A stretch of 64,000 bases of DNA, from NCBI RefSeq assembly GCF_009914755.1, contig NC_060925.1; one strand, written 5' to 3'. A model generated the notes under the pieces. That model was not told the DNA's origin, did no database searches, and saw nothing but the letters and a program-made list of their open reading frames with translations. The DNA is from the human T2T-CHM13v2.0 reference genome, Homo sapiens. The translations under genes were made by a program, and so were the position numbers. Positions 31,877 through 47,949 of the stretch are shown here, piece by piece (the first letter of the stretch is position 1; each line of letters opens with the position of its first letter).

Positions 31877-32009
31877 CTGATGATCCCGGAGAAAGGGCAG
31901 AGGGACCTGGAGAAGGATTCATGGTGCTTGTAGGCTGTGGGGGTAGGTGACTGCCTGAGATGTATCTACTTAGTAGATTATCTAAACTACTTGAGCCAGC
32001 ATCTTCCAA
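31877..32009 (-). CDS. TRIM33: TRIM33 exon 12 (133 nt): LEDAGSSSLDNLLSRYISGSHLPPQPTSTMNPSPGPSALSPGSS
   Basis: ctcttcag|TTGGAA...ATCAG|gtaaag. Confidence 0.96.
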
Positions 32010-32734
32010 CTGAAGAGAAAGAAGATAAAGACAAATTTGCTTTGATTAAAGCAGAGAAGTTATTAATTTTATGTCACTGCTTATACTCAGTTTATTAATA
32101 AACTAACAGATTATCCAATATCAAGCTGAGCCTTATTATTGCTTCCTTAGGGTCCACTGAGGGCCCACACAGTATAAAGTTTATTTAGATAAAACTGTAT
32201 TATTCAGCAAACAACTAGGTGCTCAGAGCAAAACAAATCCTATATGTTCTATTATGAAAATAGCTGACATGCTCTGACACTTCTGCTGTTTCTCAAAATT
32301 GCTGCAGGACCTATTTATCAGTATTCTTGTCCCCAGTATCCCTCCATTTCAGTGTCCACAATCATTCACTTAAATAGAAATGTAATTATGTTAGTACCCA
32401 GCTCTGAAACTCTGAAAAATTCTTATAGCCCACAGAAAGCCCTTAGCTTGACACACAAGGCCCCTTACTACAAAAAAAAAGGGCACAGTCAACAGTACAT
32501 ATGAGCCCTTCCCTTACTTAGAGGCAGTACGATAAAGCCAGAAGACCCATAACTATGATTCTGGGCTGGTTCTCAACCTGAACGTCAGTTTCCTATCTTT
32601 AAAACATGCCACCTATATTGCAGAACTCCGATGATTAAATGACAAAATGTGTAAGAAAGAGTAAAAAAAATTATTTAAGTATGAATATTACCTTAAATCT
32701 TATACTATTTCATAAAAGAAATGGTCATATTCTT

Positions 32735-33015
32735 CTTTTATTTATTTTTGAGACAGGGTCTGGCTCTGCTGTCCAGACTGAAGAGCAGTGGCATCATCTT
32801 GACTCACTGCAACCTCCACCTCCCAGGCTCAAGCCATGCCCTCCATTTCAGCCTCCTGAATAGCTAGGACTACAGGCATGCGCCACAACGCCTGGCTAAT
32901 TTTTGTGTTTTTTTTTTATAGAGATGGGATTTTGCTACATTGCCCAGATTGGTCTCCAACTCCTGAGCTCAAGCAATCTGCACACCTTAGTCTCCCAAAG
33001 TACTGGGATTACAAA
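32735..33015 (-). mobile_element. AluJ
   Basis: Alu consensus. Confidence 0.85.
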
Positions 33016-34036
33016 CAAAACAAAACCCATGCCAGAGACATGAAGGGCTGAAGGTAGGAGTAGGCAGTAGGTTAGTTGGAGGGATAATCAAAGGACAATA
33101 GCAGTTGTGTTACCCTGTGGTCATAGCTGTTGGCCAAGGATGCACTTGCAAAGCTGTGACTACAGGTGAATCCCTAGCTGCAACTCAAGTCAACAGGAAG
33201 ATTTGTTATGAGGGGGGAGTACCTAATATGGGCCAGAGATGAAAATGGGGATGCATCCCACCTAAAAACAGAAGGGGGAAGATGATTCAAAACTGACATG
33301 AAAATCCCATGTTACCTATTTCCACTCCTTTTTATACTCCTCACCTGCAATTTGTATCTTTTGCTAGAAAGATAACTCTAAGGGTAGAGGATGGACAGGT
33401 CAGGAAGAGGCAAACAGGAAATACATTAAAGGACATCCCTGATGTCATTATAACCTCCAACAGATAGGTGCTAACTGAAGCATTCACCTGTGGGTTTCAC
33501 TAGACATGGATAGTCACCATAAATAAAGTTAGAAGTCTAACTGGAAAGACATTAATTCATTTATTCATTAAAGCAATGTTTTTTGAGCATCCCTGAATAA
33601 GTACATGGAAATATAATTATTATATAAATAATTTTCATGATTTAAAAGTAAAAACACAGTCCAATAGGAAAATGAGCAAAGATATTTCACAAAAGACAAA
33701 GATAATTTACAGAAGAAATAAAAATAATCAACGAACATAAGAAAACCAATTTCACCAATCAAAGAAATGAAAATAAAGTTAACAATAATGTCATTTTAAT
33801 CCATCACTGGAAAAGATGGAAGAATGATTAATTTACCTAGTATTGGGAAGACAATGCAAAAATGGGCATTTTCAAATATATAAGCTGGCACAATATTTTT
33901 TGTAGAGCAATTTGCCAATACCTATGTGAAATTTAAATGTGTAATTACTTTTGGCCCAGTAATTACACTTCTACCAACTTCGCTTACAGAAATATGTGTT
34001 TAAAACTATACAGTCATTGTGCCTCAATGCAGCTTT

Positions 34037-34821
34037 TTACAAATGACATTAAGGTATAAATGATGTACAATAAACTAAATATATTCAAAGTGTAGTACCT
34101 GATGTGAAAGTTTAACACATTTTCACATAGTCTACAACTGGGAAACCCAAATCAAGAATAGTGAACAGATCATATCTATCACCCCCAAGATTCCTCATGC
34201 CCCATGGTAATCAATCCCTCTCTCAAACAACCTGTCCTCAACCAACCACTCATCTGCTTCCTTCAGCTTTAGTTTTTTTTTCCAGAGTTTTATATAATTT
34301 GAATTATATACTGTACGCTTTTTTCATCTATTTTTTTCACTTGGTAAAACTGAGATTTATCCTTGCTGTTGGATCCAGTTCATTCCTTTTCACTGTTAGT
34401 TACTATTCTATTATATGAACACACAATTTGTTTATCCATTTATTTGCAGGTGGATATTTGGGTTGTTTCCAGTTTTTGTCTTATTACAAACAAAGCTGCT
34501 ATAAACATTTGAGTACGAATCTTTGTATAGAAATATTTCCTGTTTTCTTTTGGCAAATAAAAGCAGAATGGCTGAATCATTATGACAGATACACGTTTAA
34601 CTTTTAAAGAAACCGCTGAACTTTTTTCAAAGTGATTGTACCATTTTACAATCCCAACAGTGTTTGAAGGTTCTAGTTCCTCCACATTCTCACCAATACT
34701 TGCTATGGTTAATGTTAAGTCTATTTAATTTTAGCCATCCTAATAAGTATGTCGTGGTACATCTCACTGTGGTTTTAACTTGCATTTTCCTAATAACTAA
34801 TGATCTTAACATCTTTTCACA
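34037..34821 (-). mobile_element. L1M 3' fragment nested in an older sense L1 (~33620-34960)
   Basis: Antisense L1 motifs; TSD aatgcagcttt at 34026-34036 and 34822-34832. Confidence 0.8.
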
Positions 34822-34967
34822 AATGCAGCTTTGTTTTTAATAGTAACATGTGAGAGATAAACCAAAAGTTCACCAACAGAGGGCTAAAAAAACATCCAAT
34901 GAAATGGAATACCATATGGATTAAAACACAAGAAAGCTCTAAGAACTGACATGAAAAAGTCCAAAAG

Positions 34968-35690
<723 letters not shown>

Positions 35691-35698
35691 AATCACAG

Positions 35699-35700
<2 letters not shown>

Positions 35701-35742
<42 letters not shown>
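35701..35742. repeat. (AC)21 microsatellite
   Basis: Direct count. Confidence 0.95.
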
Positions 35743-35746
<4 letters not shown>

Positions 35747-36661
35747 TTAAATTCGTGTTTGCATATTCCTAGGGAAAAATCTGAAAGGATGTACACCAAT
35801 TGGTTATAGTGCTGGGATTTAGTCAGGTGAAAGAATGGGGTAGACAACTATTTTTGTTTTTTTCCTTTTTCTTTTTTAAAAGCTACAATGGTTTTATATG
35901 GCTCATAAAAGCCTTTAAAAAGTAGGCAAATCTGATAGGTCATGTACACTGATCCTACCCCACCAAAACCCTTCAAAAATGCTTTCTCACTGAGTTTAGG
36001 ATAAAATCCAAAATCCTTTATGCAGCTTACAAAGGCCCTACCTGATCTAGTTTCCATTTTCCTCTACAGAACTAGGCCCTTCTCTCTTTCCTGTTCTTCA
36101 CTGGCCTTTTTTCTGTTCTTCAAAAGTGCCCAGTTCCTTCAGACCTTGTGGGATTTGAAATTCTGCCCTTTTTCCTAATAAAATTTACTGATGACATCTC
36201 CCTACTAACTCTTACCCCGCTTCCAGGTTTCAAAGAGGCTTTAACAATCCACTAAGTTTTATTGGGTTCTCCTGGTATATACTCACCTTAGGTTGATGCC
36301 TTATAATTTCCCCTTTGAGTAATGCTATACAATTTATTATAGGTAGGGTTTTAAAAAATCTATAAATGTCTGCATTCTCCTGGCCTGTAAACTCTATGAC
36401 AGCAGGTCTCTCTTATCCCTACTGTTCCTCAAGACAAGTACAAAGTACTCAACACACTTGGATGAATGCTTATAATTTTCCTATTAAGCATAATACAAAA
36501 GCGTAATAGTGGTCCTTCCTCCCAAAGCTTACTTTTTAATAATGAGGGCTGGTGAAAAAGAAAAGGAAGAGAAAAATAATCATAACAACTAACATTTATT
36601 AAATACTTATATGTCAGGCACCAAACTTAATCTTACCAACATATCCATGAGGTAGATTCTA

Positions 36662-36970
36662 TTTTTTTTTTTTTTTTTTTTTTTTTTTGAGACAGGGTCT
36701 CACTCTGTTGCCCAGGCTGGAGTGCAGTGGCACGATCACGGCTCACTGCAACCTTGATCCCCTGGGCTAAAGGGATCCTCCTGCCTCAGCTTCCCAAGCA
36801 GCCAGGAATACAGGTCCATGCCAAGATGCCCGGCTCATTTTTAATTGTTTTTGTAGAGACTGGGTCTTGCTATGTTGCCCAAGCTAGTCTCGAACTCCTG
36901 GCCTCAAGTGCTCTTCCTATCTTGGCCTCCTCAAAGTGCTGGGACTACAGGCAGAGCCACTGCACCCAGG
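36662..36970 (-). mobile_element. AluJ
   Basis: Alu consensus. Confidence 0.87.
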
Positions 36971-37343
36971 TTTAAGAGAGCTTAAAATAAAACAGTGACA
37001 AAGTCAGCATAAAAAAGAAAAATCACAAAATCTGACCTCCGATTTGAAATTATCATCTACAGTATACCTAACTGCTTTGAATCTCACACTCCTTTCATGC
37101 CCTTTGTTGCTTCAGCATACATAATTCCTATCTGGAATATCTGCCTTCTAACTAACCTTGACTAGCTAACACTTGCCTACTTATCTTTCAAGTCCAAATT
37201 TAAGATTATCTCATATAAAGTTTATTCTCTGACTTCCACAGGCAGATGTAGGATCTTCTGCCTCTATTCTTTCACTGTCATCTATACACATCCATTTGTA
37301 CCAATAAGCTCACTGTTTTGACCCTGTTTAGAAAACTGTCACC

Positions 37344-37670
<327 letters not shown>

Positions 37671-38589
37671 AAAACTGTCTCCCTATTATATAAGAAACTC
37701 CTTGAGGTCAAGGACCATTTCCGTTTGATCCTTCTATAATCAGTACTTAGGGTCTTAATACATGGTAAGTTCTCAGATATTTGTTAAAGAAAATATACAA
37801 GTGCATTAATAGTGATCCAAGTTTCCAGAAATGCTCTAGTGTTATGCAGTATTGAAGACTTGGCCTTGAACCTAATAAAAGGATTCCATATTTAGGTGCT
37901 GTTCTACTGATTATCAGGAAAATATTACATTTTACCAACAAACAGAAATGTTCTAAAACTGATTAATGAGATACATGTACTGTACCATAAGTGAAACACT
38001 AAATATACTACAAAACATTCCCTGTTTTCCATTTACTATCTCCTATTACCTTCTTGCATAAATAAAATGTAAATGCTAAAATTCTTCATTTTAATATATT
38101 TCTTCTAGTTACCTAACTATATCACCATTAATACATCTGACTTAGTATAATCAAAAGCTATACAAATAATTCCTCATCTATTCTATTTTGTATAACAACT
38201 CACTTCTGTATTACTCCAGTTGTGCCTTCTCACTCCCTCAAGCCATTGCATATACCATACTCTATCTTGACCAACAAATATATCTCATATCTACACACTA
38301 AAGTATAATTCAGTCCTTGAGGAAGTTTTTCTTGATTAGGCAAAAGAAAATTGAGACTTCACCTCTACATTTGAGTCTTAAACTTAGCTGTCTTGGCTAT
38401 TTCACCAGCTTAAACTAATGCTAATGCTAGGTTTTCTCCATGTGAATTCTTAATCTAGCCAAATTCAGTAGAAAAAGAGTTAAAAATAATCCATAAATGT
38501 GCCTGAATATGCTTCCTGTAAACCTGCAGAACAGTTACACAATTAAACCTCTTTTCTTTATAAACAGCAATGCAACAACAGCCTGGTAC

Positions 38590-39043
38590 ACTACGTTCAT
38601 ACTTGTATGAACTTGTAAATGAAAGCTCACAGCAGCATTATTCCTGACAGCCAGAGAAGAAAAGCAAATGTTCAATGATGAACAAATGATATATGTATAC
38701 AATGAAATATTATTCAGCCATAAAAAATGAAATCCTAATACATGCTAAAACATGGATAGACCTGGAAAACATTATGCTAAGTAAAAGAAGCCAGACATCA
38801 AAGGCCAAATATAATTCCATTCACATGTGGAATGTCCACAGAGACAAAGTAGATTAGTGGTTTCCAGGGGCTGGAAGAGAAGGATATGAGTGACTGCTAA
38901 TGAGTACCATTTCTTTTGAGGTGATGAAAATATTCTTGAATTAGTGGTAATGGTTGTACAATCTTGTGAATGCATTAAAAGCCACTGAACTGTACATTTT
39001 TAGAGTGGATCTCATGGTATATGAATTGTATTTCAATAAAAAA
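38590..39043 (+). mobile_element. L1MB-type 3' end, preceded by a short MaLR LTR end (~38520-38590)
   Basis: gaaatattattcagccataaaaa ... aataaaaaa. Confidence 0.78.
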
Positions 39044-39265
39044 GTAGATGATACTTGCCTCTCCCTTTCTAAGTTTCTTAAGAACTAGAACCAAGTCTTG
39101 TTTATCTTATCCTCAATGCTTGAGGACTTTAGCATACAGTAAGTGCTTAGTAAAAACTGAATGACATTGTTATACTGTACATACCTCTGGCTGCCCAAAG
39201 CTGTCAATACCATGTGTTTCCAGGCCTACAATCCCACACTGCCTCCCTGGTATTGTTACAGGTAG

Positions 39266-39660
<395 letters not shown>

Positions 39661-39681
39661 TGACTCTAGGAAAGTCACCAA

Positions 39682-41094
<1,413 letters not shown>

Positions 41095-42052
41095 CGAACC
41101 TCTCTTACTCTTATCCATAAAACAGGGATATTACATATCAGGTGATTTTAAGCATTAAACTTATATATTGCCTGTGAAAGCGCTTCACAAACTATAAGCT
41201 GTTAACTTAGAAATGTTACTTTTTAATTTATATTTAAAAAGTTTCCATTCTGTATGGTCCAGTCCTCTCATCACCAATAAAACTACCATTCCCTCAGCCA
41301 AAAAAGACTTCTAGTATTAGGGAAGCAATCAGGTTAAGAGAATTCACAATATGTTAGTGATTTCTGAACAATTTTGTTAACAGTGCATTGTATTCAAAGT
41401 TTTCGTTAAATGAGTAAATTACAGCTGCTCTTACAGGAGCAGGGGGATGGGTAATTATGTGAGATGAGGGATATGTTAATTTGTTTCACCATAGTAACCA
41501 GTTTACTATGTATATGTTTAACATCATGTTGTTACCTTAAATATACACACTTACTTTAAATAAAATTTTAAAAAGTTTGAAGCTATAGAAATATCTTTTA
41601 AAACTTTTACATAAGCCCATTAAAACCCACTAAAACAAAATATTAAACTGCAGCCACAGAAAGAATCAAGGGTGCTACTGTTACAACAGTTTCATTGCTC
41701 CTTGTTCCTATGGTGACCCCGGACTCCAAGATATGAAAGTAACGCATACAATGCATAAAACTAAATTCAGTATAACGCTGGCAGATTATATTTACGTTTT
41801 AAAAGAAAATGCTTTTAACTGAAACAAATTGGTGAAATTTCAGAAGGATCCAAAGGATACTTTTCTTCGGTTGAAAGGGGCAAAAGGCCTCACTCAAAGG
41901 TCCTTCACATTCCATCTACTCCTGTTCTCCATCATTTCCCCCTCTCAGTATAAGCCTCAAAGTGTCTACTATCTTGGCCTTCTAACACCATCCTTTTCTC
42001 AGCCCAACTGACTACCCCTTTGGATCTAACAGAAGAACAACAAAGATCTAAC

Positions 42053-42124
42053 CACATTTTGGTCCTGGGTCTTCTCTCTGGCTCCAAACTCATACCAGGA
42101 GTGCATCATCGGAACAACGTTTGC
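42053..42124 (-). CDS. TRIM33: Candidate alternative 72-nt cassette exon in intron 11: ANVVPMMHSWYEFGAREKTQDQNV
   Basis: Pyrimidine tract and ccacag|GCAAAC...AATGTG|gttaga; phase 0-0, stop-free, non-repeat sequence. Confidence 0.7.
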
Positions 42125-42320
42125 CTGTGGCAGGTGTAGAAAGGGAGTAACTAGCCTTTTAGCAAAAGTGATATTAATCCACCATTATTGTACTTCTGTT
42201 TAGATATTCCCATAATTTGCTATTCATACGACCTTCAATTCCCCAGAACTTTAAAATATTGAGGAATGCTGGTTTTAGCTAAATAACTTTTCAAGACTCA
42301 AATATTTATACTTAACTCTT

Positions 42321-42981
42321 TTTTGTTTAACTGGCAAATAACAATTGTGTGTACTTGTGGTATACAATGTAATGCTCTGATCTATGTTATAGAAAGACTG
42401 AATCAAGCTAATGAACATATCTAACTCCACTAACTCATCATTTTTTTGTGGTGAGAACATTAAAAATCCATTTTTGGAATTCTGAAATATATAATACACT
42501 ATCAATCAACTGTTGTCACCATGCAATGCAAGAGATCACTAAAATTTATATCCAAAAGAACTGAAATTGTTACATCAGAGAAATTATCTGCACTCCCATG
42601 TTCATTTCAGCATTATCCACAATAGCCAAGATATGTAAGCAATCTAAATGTCCATCAATGGATGAATGGATTTTTTTTAATGTGGTAGACATATACAATG
42701 GAATATACTATACAGCCTCTAAAAAGAAGGAAATTCTGTCATCTTGCAACAACATGAATGGAACCAAAGGACATTATGCTATGTATAATCAGCCAGGCAC
42801 CGAAAGACAAATGCTGACTAATCTCACTTACATGTGGAATCTAAAAATGTCCATCTCATAGAAACAGAGGATAGAAAGATGGTTAACTGGAGGCTAGAGG
42901 AGAGGGTAGGCGGGGAATGCGGAAAGAGAGGATGTTGATGAAAGTTTCACTTAGACTGGAAGGAGACTTTTAGTGATTTAG
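42321..42981 (-). mobile_element. 5'-inverted L1MA 3' fragment
   Basis: Antisense 3' end (42321-42544) joined to a sense upstream part (42545-42980); TSD act(t/a)actctt-like flanks. Confidence 0.78.
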
Positions 42982-43108
42982 ACTTTACTCTTCAGAAATT
43001 TCAAGGAAATGTTGATCCTGAATTAAAAAAAAAAAACTCTGAAATAAATACTCTAACTCTGTAATTAACATTAAGTTTAATGAAGCCTCATTCAACTCAA
43101 ATACAAAC

Positions 43109-43309
43109 CTGTATGGGTGGAATATCTGGCAGCGATGGAAGGTTTTCTGGATTGGTAACTGAGGGGATTAGCTCTATTGCTGTAACAGATGGGCTGGTGG
43201 GACCTCGGTTTGCATTTGCCATAGTTGCTGTAGTAGGGCTCGTTGGGTTGATTGTGGTGTTGTGTACCGATACTACGGGAAAGGGTCCAGCATGCCCTGG
43301 GTTTGAGTG
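43109..43309 (-). CDS. TRIM33: TRIM33 exon 11 (201 nt): HSNPGHAGPFPVVSVHNTTINPTSPTTATMANANRGPTSPSVTAIELIPSVTNPENLPSLPDIPPIQ
   Basis: cttattag|CACTCA...ATACAG|gtttgt (weak donor). Confidence 0.96.
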
Positions 43310-44379
43310 CTAATAAGAAAGAAGACATTATCATTACTTGATCTGCCAGAATCGCTGAATATAAACTATACCTTTATAATTTTTAGTTTAGGAAGGAAAC
43401 AGAAGAAACAAAGAAGTGGGCCCTTTCAAACTTATTCAGGAGAAGAACAGTTCAAACTCAGCCTTTTCATTTTTCTATTCATTTTTGTATAGTATCTAGG
43501 GAAAGGCAGACTTGCCAATAATTTCCCAACACATCAGCCTGGTGATATGATCTTATTTCAGAAGAAGGAAGTATGTAATAGAGGATCTGTAAACCTCCAA
43601 ATTTTCAAACACCGGGGTAAGAGAACTACCATTCGGTCATTATTCCTCTTCGACCTTTAGTCATTTTTCCAATAAAAATGATATATAATGCAGCTTGAAG
43701 TGGCAGAAAGAACAATGAATTTACAGAAAAGAAAAATGGCAGCAAGTCCTGACTCTAATACTGTGTGACCTTAGACAAATCACATAATCTCAGTCATTTA
43801 GAAATGTGGATAACAATACCTCACTTGTTTCATTGTGAGGGCTGTTATGAGGATCATTTAAGACAATATAGAAGAAAATCTTAAGAAAACGAATTCTACA
43901 CATATAAATAAATCATTTGAAATATTTAAAAACTAAAAAGGCTTAATAACATCCAGTGATTTCTGTAGAGGTATACCCAAAGTCTAAGGAAAATGTTCTG
44001 AGATGATTCATTAGTCTGACTGTGTAGCTTCTGCGCTCTGACAAGGTGTACTTGGCCCCTAGAAATACTTGAAGGCCTTCCATGAACTAAGGGGTACATG
44101 ATTATGTGAAAAGTGTGAAGGAAATAAATGTTCAGACCATCAATCTTTTGTATGTGCTCTTTAAAAAGAAAAAAAAAATCTGATTTGCCTGAGAATGTGC
44201 CATGCTCTGCTGGATCTCCTTTTCCACCACTTTCGCAACTGCCCTTCCTCCATCCTTGACAAAAGAACACTACACCTTTGACCATTCCTAAATCTTATTC
44301 TAGGCACACTGCACCAGGAAGGAAAAAAAAAAAAACCTGTAGAAATAATCAAAGGTACAATTGGAAATAACGATGTTGG

Positions 44380-45640
44380 GTGTCTGACTCCAAAACCTGG
44401 GTAACAAACCTTCAAATGGGTTCGAATATTTGATGATTAACAAAAATGAAGTTGTCACTGACAAAAAGTTTTTAAATAGTTTTGATAGATCGTTTTCTCA
44501 GCCTATAACCTAGAAAAAATTCAAAGAATTGAGGGATATTACTATAATAAAATTCTTTTAATTCCCAAATACATAATTTTGTAAATTATGTATTTTTGTA
44601 ATTTGTAAATTTTGTAAACGTTTCCTAAGCATTACATAAAAACAAATCCCAAAAAACTAGTAATAAAAACCAATGTTGAATTCTGACTTATTTTAAAAAT
44701 AAGTAACAGCATACAAACATACATAACCAGAAGCAGGAGGTAAAAAGTCTCCATCTAGCTCAAAGAAATGTATATCCAAAAGAGTTTTGTATCTTCTAAT
44801 AGTCTTAAACCATGTAAACACACCCATTTTGTTTCAACAATTGTGGAGATATAACGATAATTCGGTCCACAGAAAAAGTTTCAAATCTTAATAATAACCC
44901 TATTGTCACTGGAAATTTAACAATTTATTATAAAAAAATTTTTTTCCTGCAGAAATTTACAATAGGCTAATCTATATCTATCAAATAAAGCTATCTTACA
45001 GTAAGATAAAACTCTGTTGAAGAAGTAGAAGTGTAATTCAAGTCCAAGGAGAGCTTGCTAGGGTATCTGGAATTCCAGCGGATTCATTTAAAATAATGCA
45101 AAGGTTTTTTTAACTTTATAGCATCAATATTTACAATATGCTATAAAGTATAGCTTTTGAAACTATTTAAACTTAAACCTATAATGGAAATTTTAAATGA
45201 AAGCCTTCAAATGTGAGCGAGTATATATTTTTTCTTTCTTTTTTTTTTGTTAAATAGAAACGGGGTCTTGCTATGTTGCCCAGGCTGGTCACAAACTCCT
45301 GGGCTCAAGCAATCCTCCTGCCTCGGCCTCCCAAAATGCTGGGATTACAGGCGTGAGCCACCACTCCCAGCCAAGAAGCGCATTATTTTAAAAAGCTCTT
45401 TCTGGGCGTACATGGACCAAAAAGTTGAAGGACCACTGTTCTAGGACAGTGTTTCTCCAACTTTAGTACGCAGATTGACCTGAGAGACTTAATACAAATT
45501 TAAATATTACTGAGTACTCCCCACCTAGAAATTCTGATTCAGTGGTTATGGCTAGGAATCCATTCTGACAAGGTTGCCCACTCCACCAAAGCTGACTGGT
45601 GATTCTGATGGTCTTTAAAACATGTTTTGAGAAACATCAT
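44380..45640. mobile_element. hAT DNA-transposon fossils (Charlie-like end at ~45437, MER5 ~45448-45640) with an Alu monomer at 45230-45372
   Basis: aaaagttgaaggaccactg terminus; cagtgtttctccaactt...ttctgattcagtgg...tttgagaaac. Confidence 0.55.
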
Positions 45641-46264
45641 TCTAAGAGTTAAAAAATAAACTCTATTATAACTAGAAATCCTATGAAAAAGTGGCCTCAC
45701 TGTATACTCATATCTCCCATATAAACATAACCAGGCAAAGATTATAAAACATGTCTCTAAACACACTTATTAAAGCGTATCTACATCCTAAAAGGAAGAA
45801 TATTTGAGTAGAGAAAAGGTAAAAAAAAAATAATAATAATAATACATATAGTTAGCTCTGTTACTCTCAAAGCCCTTTTTATATATTAGGATCAAAAAGC
45901 CACATTAAAAGAGCAGAGCAGCATTTTCAGGAAACTAATGTTCTTGCTATTTTATCATTGCTTTTTGTGATTGTGGGTAAAATCACCAGCTCATTAGATT
46001 TTTTTCACTTCTGCAAATTGAATGGGTTAACTACATCAGGGTTTCTTAACCCACAGTATATGATGCACTTAAAGCATTTTTTAAAAGCTCTTAAAATTAA
46101 ATACAAAATCTCATGTGTATGTTTATTTTTCTGGGACAAGAGGATATACAGCATTAATCAAATTCTCAAACACATCAATGACCTGCTCCCAAAAAGTGAT
46201 TAAGAAAATGACGTCTTTTAATTTTAAAATTGTAGGATTCTTACAAATGTAACTCTAGGCATAC

Positions 46265-46429
46265 TTGTCTTTGGAGGTGTGGCTGCATCATGGAATATTG
46301 AGGGCCGCTGTGCCTGGGTATCCCTGGTATTCTGGCAGCATTCTGAGCCAGTCTCATCTGATGGGCTTGAAAAGCTCCACAGTTCATGTTGCCTCTTTGC
46401 ATTGTTTGCACACTGATCAATCGAGGAGG
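46265..46429 (-). CDS. TRIM33: TRIM33 exon 10 (165 nt): PPRLISVQTMQRGNMNCGAFQAHQMRLAQNAARIPGIPRHSGPQYSMMQPHLQRQ
   Basis: ttttgtag|CCTCCT...AGACAA|gtatgc. Confidence 0.96.
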
Positions 46430-47118
46430 CTACAAAAAGTAGAAATTGCAATTTATGTAATAATTTTAAAATAAATTTATCTCAATTATAAAATGTAATC
46501 ATAAAAATAATTCAGTCAAGATAAAAGGGTATAAAGTAAAAAGTATAAATAATTCTTATCGCTAGCCCCAATCCCCAGAGGACTGGTAATGACTAGTTTG
46601 TATATCACTCCCTAATTTCCCTTGTCTCTCTCTCTCTTTCCTGTTCCCCCTCTTTTTCTCTATATGTGTGTTTAAAGCGTATCAACATTAACGTATCCCA
46701 TCCTGGAGTAATAGTTTTGATTGGGATGGCAGTGGAGAGAGCAAAAGACACACAGGTATAGGAAAGATCTGAACAAATGCCTAAGGAACATATCAGATCC
46801 TAGGCAGAAACAGTCTGGTCCTTTGGTCCACAAAATTATACGTGGAAAACAAAAAAGATTTGATGTGAAAGGATGAGAACTTACATCCTTTCAGAGTATT
46901 AGTGAATTAATTTTGTTTCCCAAGACAATTTACTTACTGCCTTTCTTCACAGCTCCCTTACATCACCATCATAACCATAGCAAATATTTAAACTCTGACT
47001 TTTGAACTCTGCTCAGTCTTGCTAGTAACTTTGAAATGTGTAACTTAATTATATAGGAAAAAGTGTAGTGTTGAGGGCTTCATAATTTCTATCAATAATG
47101 TAGTAACACGATACTTAC

Positions 47119-47393
47119 CTGTTGTTGTAACATCTGAGGGGCTGCTTGTCTAGGATGCTGTTGTGTTGTTGTTGTTGTAGTTGGTACAGGTGCTGGTGGT
47201 TGCTGCATCCTCATCTGTTGCAACTGCTGATGTTTCTGTGCATATACTTGTTGTTGCATGTGCTGGAGTCGAAGCTGTGCTAAGTTAATCTGTCCAGGGG
47301 TTTTACTAATGTGGTTTGTCCCTGGAGGAACTTGCCCAACTACAACATTAGGAGTATAACCAGGAGCTGGTTTACTCTCTATTACTAGATTAC
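47119..47393 (-). CDS. TRIM33: TRIM33 exon 9 (275 nt), Q-rich linker: NLVIESKPAPGYTPNVVVGQVPPG...PQMLQQQ
   Basis: ttttcag|GTAATC...CAACAG|gtaagt; open frame rich in Q/P/T. Confidence 0.96.
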
Positions 47394-47949
47394 CTGAAAA
47401 ATTTAAAAAATGAGAATTTGCATATAATCAACTAAATCATCTACTTTGTTGAGTAATCACCATGTTTTCCTCTTTCCTCTGACAACTATCAGCACCTCAA
47501 AGCTCCAATAGTACAGCAGGGAATGGAGTCAGTTTAAAGATGATGATGATGATCAGAAACTTAATACATTCCAAAGCTGAATAAATGACGTTTGGTTATT
47601 CAGAAAAATATACTCTCTGTCCTTATTCTTTTTTACTTAGACATACAGAAAATTAAGACAGTAAAAGAGATTATCTATTAGAAGAGGCCTATCTAATCAA
47701 TCTAAATCAATTCTCCCATGACAAGACTTACTCAAGGATACTCAAGATTGCCAATACTGATTCCATCTGCCTTTGAATTGCCAAAATATGCAAGGCAGAG
47801 CATTACAATGTCACAAAATCGTCTTCTGTGGAAATACTGAATGCTTTAAACAACTTATATCCTTAGACGTGATGGTTTTCCTTGCTTTTTATGGAGCCAT
47901 TGCCTTCTAGGGATAGAAGCCAAATTTTAGGAAGATGTGATTTAAGGCA

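Noticed and set aside
33030-33270. GC-richer island in intron 11
   Set aside because: No convincing splice sites or ORF; probably a decayed LTR that I cannot assign
43080-43334. ORFs overlapping exon 11 (similar ones overlap exons 10, 15 and 16)
   Set aside because: Shadow frames of real exons
43926-44415. 119-aa and 84-aa intronic ORFs
   Set aside because: No domain-like content and no matching splice or phase support as coding exons
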